Positions 1 through 4,470 of a stretch of 6,050 nucleotides of DNA are shown here, piece after piece (the stretch's first letter is position 1; each line of letters opens with the position of its first letter). The notes beneath the pieces were generated by a model. It saw nothing but the letters and a program-made list of their open reading frames with translations, had not been told where the DNA came from and did no database searches. Both the position numbers and the translations under genes were made by a program. Source of the stretch: an uncultured Gammaproteobacteria bacterium (GTDB lineage Bacteria; Patescibacteriota; Patescibacteriia; UBA2591; UBA6264); the NCBI GenBank assembly GCA_964617525.1, contig CAZTWG010000039.1:1-6050 (forward strand), given 5' to 3'.

Positions 1-19
1 GCATAAATTATTGCACAAA

Positions 20-28
20 TGGTATAAT
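20..28 (+). promoter_or_regulatory. Possible extended -10 promoter (TGgTATAAT) for tsaB
   Basis: TGG at 20-22 is followed by a perfect TATAAT at 23-28, 17 nt upstream of the ATG at 46. There is no properly spaced -35: TTGCAC at 11-16 is only 6 nt away. The window edge limits upstream context. Confidence 0.35.
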
Positions 29-45
29 TTTGATAAAATATAAAA

Positions 46-462
46 ATGTTTCTATTCATCAATAGTCTTCAAGAAAATAAAATATCTTTGGCTTTATTTA
101 AAGACCTAAATCATATTCAGTGGCTTGAGGAATCGGTCAAAAATAAAAGCAGAGAAAATATTTTAATAATTTTAGACAAAATTCTAAAACAAAACAAGAA
201 AAGAGCAAAAGACCTTAAAGGTATTATAGTTGTCAATGGACCAGGTTCTTTCGTTGGCATTAGGATTGCCCTTTCTGTTGTAAATGCTTTGGCATGGGCT
301 TTATCTATCCCAGCCAAAGGTATCCCTGTCTCTAGTGGGATGACAAACGAGGACTTAATCAAGAAATCTTGGTCCCAAATTGTCAAAAGCAAAAAGTATA
401 AGGCAGTCGAGCCCTTTTATGGGCAAGAACCACACATTACTATCAATAAGAAAAAAGCATGA
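46..462 (+). CDS. tsaB: tRNA t6A37 threonylcarbamoyl-transfer protein TsaB (YeaZ family), short 138-aa form
   Basis: The N-terminus MFLFINSL..ISLAL matches the YeaZ 'ILAIDTA..VAL' start. The motif 'VVNGPGSFVGIRIALSVVNALAWALSIPAKGIP' matches the YeaZ/TsaB signature '[32 protein letters not shown]'. The protein covers only the N-terminal ASKHA-like half (E. coli YeaZ is about 230 aa). Confidence 0.8.
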   Translation: MFLFINSLQENKISLALFKDLNHIQWLEESVKNKSRENILIILDKILKQNKKRAKDLKGIIVVNGPGSFVGIRIALSVVNALAWALSIPAKGIPVSSGMTNEDLIKKSWSQIVKSKKYKAVEPFYGQEPHITINKKKA

Positions 463-519
463 ACCCCGTTAGAAGTCTGACAGAGAAGCGTTTCTAATTA
501 GGGGATTAACTAAAGATTT

Positions 520-1251
520 ATGAACAAAACTTCTGACGGGGTAAAAACATCTAAAAAAGAATTAGTTAATATTCCCCAACATATAGGTTTTATAGTAGAT
601 GGCAACCGGCGTTGGGCTCGCAAATATGGTCTTCCTATTAATTATGGGCACAAAAGGGGATATGACAAAGTAAAGAAAGTTATGGATTGGTCTCTCAAGA
701 GGGGGGTTAAGGTTTTAAGTTTTTATATTTTTTCTACAGAAAATTGGGGCAGAGATAAGAGGGAAATAAGTCATCTTATGAATCTTATAAAACGATTTTT
801 CAAGCAGGATCTAAAATATTTTACGAAAAATGAAATTAAACTATTAATTTCTGGGCGGATAGATGACCCTCGTTTGTCCACTGAAATAAGGAAAATTGCA
901 AAAATAGCTCAGGAGAAAACTAAAAATAATAAAAAGGGAATAGTTAATTTAGCTTTTAATTATAGCGGTCGTTCAGAAATAATTCAGGCTATTAAAAGAA
1001 TTGTTAAGGAGAAAATAGAAATATCTGCCATCAAAGAAGATTTACTTAATGGATATTTATGGGCTTCTGGTTTGCCAGACCCAGATTTAATTGTTAGGAC
1101 GTCAGAAAAAAGATTATCTGGTTTTTTGCTTTGGCAGTCTGCTTATTCTGAATTATGCTTTATAGATAAATATTGGCCAAGTATCGCAGAGAAAGACATT
1201 GATAGTATTTTAGCTGATTATTCGCAAAGAAAAAGACGTTTTGGGAAGTAA
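520..1251 (+). CDS. uppS: Isoprenyl transferase / undecaprenyl-diphosphate synthase (cis-prenyltransferase)
   Basis: It carries the diagnostic cis-IPPS motifs 'HIGFIVDGNRRWARKYGLP..GH..G', 'LSFYIFSTENWGR', 'RTSEKRLSGFLLWQSAYSEL' and a C-terminal 'RKRRFGK'. Length is 243 aa, typical for UppS. Confidence 0.93.
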   Translation: MNKTSDGVKTSKKELVNIPQHIGFIVDGNRRWARKYGLPINYGHKRGYDKVKKVMDWSLKRGVKVLSFYIFSTENWGRDKREISHLMNLIKRFFKQDLKYFTKNEIKLLISGRIDDPRLSTEIRKIAKIAQEKTKNNKKGIVNLAFNYSGRSEIIQAIKRIVKEKIEISAIKEDLLNGYLWASGLPDPDLIVRTSEKRLSGFLLWQSAYSELCFIDKYWPSIAEKDIDSILADYSQRKRRFGK

Positions 1252-1265
1252 TAGTTGATTAGATT

Positions 1266-2096
1266 ATGTTTTTGCAAATTATTTGTATTCTATTTTTAAT
1301 AATTTTTTTAGTATATTCCATACTCAAAGAACCGTTTAATGTTTGCTTAGAACGCAAGGACATATTTTTGGAAAAATTACCGACTAATTTTGACGGATTA
1401 AAAATTGTTCAAATTAGTGATTTGCATTCTAAGAAATTTGGCAAAAAAGAAAAAAGAATTTTAGAGATTATAGGTCAGCTTAATGTTGATTTTCTTTTTA
1501 TAACCGGCGACATAAATGAAGCTAAACAAAGAAAAGTTAATTCTTGCATTGAGTTTTGGAAAGCCCTAGGAAAAGTAAAGCAAGGTTGTATTTATGCTGT
1601 CTTTGGTAATCATATTTACGAACATCAAAAAATAGAACCTATTGTTTTAAAAAATATTTTGAGAAAATCAGGAATACAGATTCTTGATAACGAAAATGTA
1701 AAGCTAAGGAGAGAAGAACAATATATTTGGCTCTTGGGTGTTGATGACCCACACACAAATCATCATGATTTATCAAAAACATTGCAAGGCATAGATAATT
1801 CCTCAACAAGAATATTATTATCGCATAGTCCAGAGATAATAGATGATTTAAAGACGGGGGATGCTGATTTAATTTTAGCTGGGCATACACATGGCGGACA
1901 AATTAAAATTCCTGGGATTTGTCCCTTTTGGGTGCCGACAAAATATCATGGCAAATATCAGCGCGGATTGTTTAAAGTTAAGGGCGCTTATCTATATGTT
2001 AATCGTGGGATTGGAACAGCTCACTTTCCTGTTCGTTTTAATTCTAAACCAGAGATAACACTATTCACACTTAAAGACCCCCAAATTGACCACTGA
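1266..2096 (+). CDS. Membrane-anchored metallophosphoesterase (calcineurin-like, YkuE/YaeI type)
   Basis: An N-terminal hydrophobic helix (MFLQIICILFLIIFLVYSIL) precedes the ordered phosphoesterase motifs 'ISDLHS' (DxH), 'ITGDI' (GD), 'FGNH' (GNH) and 'AGHTHGGQI' (GHxH). Confidence 0.85.
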   Translation: MFLQIICILFLIIFLVYSILKEPFNVCLERKDIFLEKLPTNFDGLKIVQISDLHSKKFGKKEKRILEIIGQLNVDFLFITGDINEAKQRKVNSCIEFWKALGKVKQGCIYAVFGNHIYEHQKIEPIVLKNILRKSGIQILDNENVKLRREEQYIWLLGVDDPHTNHHDLSKTLQGIDNSSTRILLSHSPEIIDDLKTGDADLILAGHTHGGQIKIPGICPFWVPTKYHGKYQRGLFKVKGAYLYVNRGIGTAHFPVRFNSKPEITLFTLKDPQIDH

Positions 2097-2113
2097 GGTC
2101 AATTTCAATTTTT
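2083..2113 (+). terminator. Weak intrinsic terminator-like hairpin overlapping the stop codon of the phosphoesterase gene
   Basis: AAATTGACC (2083-2091) pairs with GGTCAATTT (2097-2105) as a 9-bp perfect stem. The 5-nt loop ACTGA contains the TGA stop. The T5 run (2109-2113) is separated from the stem by 'caa'. Confidence 0.4.
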
Positions 2114-2116
2114 GTA

Positions 2117-2144
2117 TTGACAAATTCTTCAAATCTGCTATAAT
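2117..2144 (+). promoter_or_regulatory. Consensus sigma70-type promoter with extended -10 (copy A)
   Basis: The -35 is TTGACA at 2117-2122, the spacer is 16 nt, TGc lies at 2136-2138, and the -10 is TATAAT at 2139-2144. Both hexamers are perfect consensus. Confidence 0.8.
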
Positions 2145-2154
2145 TTCAATAATT

Positions 2155-2182
2155 AAGAACAAAAACGTTCTTTAAAAGGAGG
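2155..2182 (+). promoter_or_regulatory. Leader palindrome AAGAAC-N6-GTTCTT followed by Shine-Dalgarno AGGAGG (copy A)
   Basis: AAGAAC (2155-2160) and GTTCTT (2167-2172) are perfect inverted repeats about +4 to +21 from the predicted TSS. AGGAGG lies at 2177-2182, 4 nt before the ATG at 2187. The same elements occur at 3626-3653 and 4436-4463. Confidence 0.6.
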
Positions 2183-2186
2183 AAAA

Positions 2187-2666
2187 ATGTTGACAATACT
2201 TATTAAGTCCGTATTGTCCCTTGTTGCTTATGTTGTTATTATCATTGTTTTTAGGTTAGCCTATCATTTCTTGATTGCAAAAAGACATCTTCCGAGACAG
2301 TCAATGAATATCTGTGGTCCAGAAGGGATTACAGTAGATGTCTCTGGTCTATTCTACGACGGTCATAGAGAAGAGTCTCTTAAGCTCACTAGAGATTTAT
2401 CTACAATTTTCTTTTCTGTAGGTTTCTTCATCTTCGGCATAATTTCTCTTTTTTTAAGGGGAATGAATACGCCAATGATATTGGTTCTGTTTTTCAACTT
2501 TTCGTATTATCTTGGTGCAAGTGCAAGAACAGCGACAGAAGATGCAAAGGATTATCTCTCCTCTTTCATGGGAGAACTAACCCGTCTTGAAGCAATAGGT
2601 AGTATTCTCTTGGCTGTTTTATTTTCAGCAGGGACAACAGCGCTTATTGTCCTTTTATTAGGGTAA
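2187..2666 (+). CDS. Hypothetical integral membrane protein, about 4 TM helices (159 aa)
   Basis: A perfect SD is well placed upstream. Hydrophobic segments lie at about residues 3-29, 73-90, 95-110 and 135-158. A polar loop lies at 30-72 and an amphipathic stretch at 111-134. I recognise no catalytic motif. A strong terminator follows. Confidence 0.75.
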   Translation: MLTILIKSVLSLVAYVVIIIVFRLAYHFLIAKRHLPRQSMNICGPEGITVDVSGLFYDGHREESLKLTRDLSTIFFSVGFFIFGIISLFLRGMNTPMILVLFFNFSYYLGASARTATEDAKDYLSSFMGELTRLEAIGSILLAVLFSAGTTALIVLLLG

Positions 2667-2684
2667 GGTGCAGAAAAAAGTATT

Positions 2685-2718
2685 AGGCTTGATCTTTGTG
2701 TCAAGCCTATTTTTTTTG
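2685..2718 (+). terminator. Rho-independent terminator
   Basis: TAGGCTTGA (2685-2693) pairs with TCAAGCCTA (2702-2710) as a 9-bp perfect stem with an 8-nt loop. A T8 run (2711-2718) follows immediately. Confidence 0.85.
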
Positions 2719-2737
2719 TGATATTATTGGGGATTTT

Positions 2738-2762
2738 ATTTAGGAATCCGATTCCTAAATAG
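2738..2762. promoter_or_regulatory. Perfect 11-bp inverted repeat (TATTTAGGAAT ccg ATTCCTAAATA), candidate operator
   Basis: The arms at 2738-2748 and 2752-2762 are exact reverse complements with a 3-nt spacer. The repeat lies in the 198-bp intergenic region about 100 nt upstream of the Nudix ATG, and no T-run follows it. Confidence 0.45.
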
Positions 2763-2864
2763 TTTAATTTGTGTTTATGATAGAAAAATGTTAAACTAAC
2801 ATTAGTCGGTTTTCTCTGCTTAGTCTTGGGGAGACGGTAATTATAATCAATAAAATAAACAAAA

Positions 2865-3512
2865 ATGAAAGTTAAAAAATTATTAGAATTCATGGAGAAA
2901 AACACTGAGTTTATTCCTAGCTGGAAAGAATATAAAGGAGGCGGTTTGTATAACCCTCATTTTGGTTCAGTAGAGAGAATTGTTGTCTGCGAAGATGATG
3001 ACACTCCTATTTTTGATCAGTATCAGGTTGTAGAAAAGGGGGGGGCAATTGTTGTCCCTTATTATTTTAAAGATAATAATCTAAAGGATGTTTTTATTGG
3101 GCTCAATACATGTATTCGGGCGGTTGTTGCCGATTTAAAGACAGGTGAACAAGGAAACCTAAAGAGCATAGAAGTGCCTAGGGGATTTGGAATTGGTGAT
3201 GAAGAAGATTCTTCTGTAGCTATCAGAGAATTAGGCGAAGAGACACAACATGTAGTCAAAAAGTTAGATTTAATAGGCTACGTTAATGCTAATACAGCCT
3301 ATTTTAAGAATTATGGAATTTCAACATTTGCGGCATTAATTGATACAGATTCTTTGGGCAAATTTACTCCTGACCCAAACGAAAAGATACTTAGTTGTAG
3401 TTTTTATTCTGTAGAAGAAGTTAAAAAAATGTTGAATGATAACAAGATTTTTTGTGGGCTTACTAAATCAGCGCTTTTAGATTTTCTCGTTTTCATCAAA
3501 AGTGATCTGTGA
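2865..3512 (+). CDS. Nudix hydrolase (ADP-ribose pyrophosphatase-like), 215 aa
   Basis: A near-canonical Nudix box G-x5-E-x7-REUxEExGU lies at residues 107-129 (nt 3183-3251). It reads G FGIGD E EDSSVAI RE L G EE T Q H, with only the last G replaced by Q. There is no SD upstream, as for the flanking native genes. Confidence 0.8.
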   Translation: MKVKKLLEFMEKNTEFIPSWKEYKGGGLYNPHFGSVERIVVCEDDDTPIFDQYQVVEKGGAIVVPYYFKDNNLKDVFIGLNTCIRAVVADLKTGEQGNLKSIEVPRGFGIGDEEDSSVAIRELGEETQHVVKKLDLIGYVNANTAYFKNYGISTFAALIDTDSLGKFTPDPNEKILSCSFYSVEEVKKMLNDNKIFCGLTKSALLDFLVFIKSDL

Positions 3513-3523
3513 ATATAAACTAA

Positions 3524-3545
3524 CCTATAACTGACCTATAACTGA
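3524..3545. repeat. Tandem 11-bp direct repeat CCTATAACTGA x2
   Basis: 3524-3534 is identical to 3535-3545. The repeat starts 12 nt after the Nudix stop codon, and the second unit supplies the CTGA of the terminator's left arm. Confidence 0.9.
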
Positions 3546-3567
3546 CCCGACGGGTCAGTTTTTTTTT
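3541..3567 (+). terminator. Rho-independent terminator (5' part of module copy B)
   Basis: CTGACCC (3542-3548) pairs with GGGTCAG (3552-3558) with loop GAC, and A3541/T3559 can extend the stem. A T9 run follows at 3559-3567. Confidence 0.8.
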
Positions 3568-3587
3568 CAGGGAGTCTCCCACGCATA

Positions 3588-3615
3588 TTGACAAATTCTC
3601 CAAATTTGCTATAAT
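3588..3615 (+). promoter_or_regulatory. Consensus sigma70-type promoter with extended -10 (copy B)
   Basis: TTGACA lies at 3588-3593, the spacer is 16 nt, TGc lies at 3607-3609, and TATAAT lies at 3610-3615. The GGGAGTCTCCC palindrome at 3570-3580 lies just upstream. Confidence 0.8.
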
Positions 3616-3657
3616 TTCAATAATTAAGAACAAAAACGTTCTTTAAAAGGAGGAAAA

Positions 3658-4296
3658 ATGAAAATTAACTACGCTAAACGCATTGCTCGATTACAAGAGT
3701 GTCTAGGCATAGACACCGGCATTACCGCTCAGCAGTTCAAGCTGGAGGCCGAACATCTATGGGACGTTATGATTCAAAGGGATCCTAAGATAGTTAGTGA
3801 ATTCAATATAGTGCTTCCAGTGGTTTTACCTAAGCTTGTTACTGGTGACCTTGGTATTGAGTTGCAATTGTATCTAGAAGGAGTTGGCAAAAGCTATGCT
3901 AAAATTACCGATAGAGAGTTCCATAACTATTATGAGAATGAATTAGATGGCAAGGTCAAAATAGTTCCAGGGAGTCATCATAATCAACTCATCAAACGTA
4001 TGAAACAGGGGTCACTTGTCGGCATACATCTTTCAGGTCTTTTGCGTGGCGAATTTGAACCAAGAGAGCAATACTTACTATCTGGCATGGATATTCCTAT
4101 TGTCGTGTTGATGTTTCCCGATCTATTTGGTTGCGACCATAATCAGATTTTGGACATGACTGCTCTCTCGTGGCGAAACGGGAGGGGACTTGCTTTAGCT
4201 AGCTACAAAACAGGCGCAGAGTTTAATATTACTGGCAACTTGCTTTATGCGGGTGTTGCTGATTATGCTCGACCCTCTTACCTATTTTTAGGGTAG
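3658..4296 (+). CDS. Hypothetical soluble protein, 212 aa, no recognisable motif
   Basis: The ORF has a perfect SD (AGGAGG 3648-3653) and its own strong terminator. It has no signal peptide or TM segment. It is noticeably more GC-rich than its neighbours: hand counts give 43% for 3661-3720 and 48% for 3721-3780. Confidence 0.75.
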   Translation: MKINYAKRIARLQECLGIDTGITAQQFKLEAEHLWDVMIQRDPKIVSEFNIVLPVVLPKLVTGDLGIELQLYLEGVGKSYAKITDREFHNYYENELDGKVKIVPGSHHNQLIKRMKQGSLVGIHLSGLLRGEFEPREQYLLSGMDIPIVVLMFPDLFGCDHNQILDMTALSWRNGRGLALASYKTGAEFNITGNLLYAGVADYARPSYLFLG

Positions 4297-4310
4297 GTTT
4301 CTCAATTTAT

Positions 4311-4344
4311 AGGTCTTTCGTATTTGCGAAAGACCTGCTTTTTT
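4311..4344 (+). terminator. Rho-independent terminator
   Basis: AGGTCTTTCG (4311-4320) pairs with CGAAAGACCT (4327-4336) as a 10-bp perfect stem with a 6-nt loop. It is followed by GCTTTTTT (4337-4344). Confidence 0.85.
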
Positions 4345-4347
4345 AAT

Positions 4348-4470
4348 TATAACCAACCCGACGGGTCAGTTTTTTTTCAGGGAGTCTCCCACGCATATTG
4401 ACAAATTCTTCAAATCTGCTATAATTTCAATAATTAAGAACAAAAACGTTCTTTAAAAGGAGGAAAAATG
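4348..4470 (+). repeat. Regulatory module copy C, long form with truncated terminator arm
   Basis: It contains ACCCGACGGGTCAG plus T8 (4356-4377), GGGAGTCTCCC (4380-4390), the promoter, the leader, the SD (4458-4463) and the ATG at 4468. The left arm of the hairpin reads CCAACCC instead of CTGACCC, so only 4 bp can pair. Confidence 0.97.
4398..4425 (+). promoter_or_regulatory. Consensus sigma70-type promoter with extended -10 (copy C)
   Basis: TTGACA lies at 4398-4403, the spacer is 16 nt, TGc lies at 4417-4419, and TATAAT lies at 4420-4425. Confidence 0.8.

Larger units (their letters stand above)
2115..2189 (+). repeat. Regulatory module copy A (promoter + leader + SD + ATG), 75 nt
   Basis: It is 75/75 identical to 4396-4470 and 73/75 identical to 3586-3660. 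Identity ends exactly at the ATG. Confidence 0.97.
3537..3660 (+). repeat. Regulatory module copy B, long form (terminator + GGGAGTCTCCC palindrome + promoter + leader + SD + ATG)
   Basis: 3545-3660 aligns to 4356-4470 with 2 substitutions (3600 c/t, 3606 t/c, both in the promoter spacer) and one T indel (T9 vs T8). With 2 more mismatches, similarity extends to TATAAC at 3537-3542 and 4348-4353. Confidence 0.97.

Noticed and set aside
11-16. TTGCAC as the -35 for the tsaB promoter
   Set aside because: It is only 6 nt from the TATAAT at 23-28, which is incompatible with sigma70 spacing. The TG-extended -10 is the only supportable element.
117-392. Antisense ORFs from the six-frame track: 117-392, 1639-1890, 3062-3259 and 5312-5725, all on the - strand
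   Set aside because: Each lies entirely or mostly inside a well-supported + strand gene (tsaB, the phosphoesterase, Nudix, SIMPL). They have low-complexity or odd composition and no start signals, so they are shadow ORFs.
464-504. Imperfect hairpin in the tsaB-uppS spacer (CCCC/GGGG plus TTAGAA/TTCTAA around a 17-nt loop)
   Set aside because: The stem is interrupted by an asymmetric bulge and no U-run follows. Nothing resembles a tRNA or a known RNA motif, so it cannot be separated from chance structure without covariation data.
2145-2186. Riboswitch or leader-peptide attenuator in the shared 5' leader
   Set aside because: The predicted leader is only about 35 nt with a single 6-bp hairpin and no internal ATG. 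That is too short for any known riboswitch aptamer or leader ORF.
2190-2195. A second TTGACA hexamer immediately after the ATG of the 2187 ORF (ATG TTG ACA)
   Set aside because: No -10-like hexamer lies 16-18 nt downstream (ATTGTC at that spacing), so the hexamer is most simply just codons 2-3.
2552-2905. A 117-aa ORF on the - strand spanning the 2667-2864 intergenic region
   Set aside because: It overlaps the 3' end of the membrane-protein gene and the 5' end of the Nudix gene. It reads through the complement of a strong terminator and the 25-bp palindrome. It has no RBS or promoter and gives an implausible Asn/Phe/Lys-rich sequence.
2793-3524. The 9-mer TAAACTAAC on both sides of the Nudix gene (2793-2801 and 3516-3524) as a possible target-site duplication
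   Set aside because: An AT-rich 9-mer is expected to recur by chance many times in 6 kb of about 33% GC DNA, and there is no supporting inverted repeat or mobility gene.
2115-4470. The three repeats read as a CRISPR array, IS/MITE termini or an integron attC series
   Set aside because: Spacings of 1471 and 810 bp contain full genes, which rules out CRISPR. No transposase, integrase or cas gene is in the window. The copies are direct rather than inverted, and their content is fully explained by promoter, leader and RBS elements rather than attC-like imperfect palindromes.
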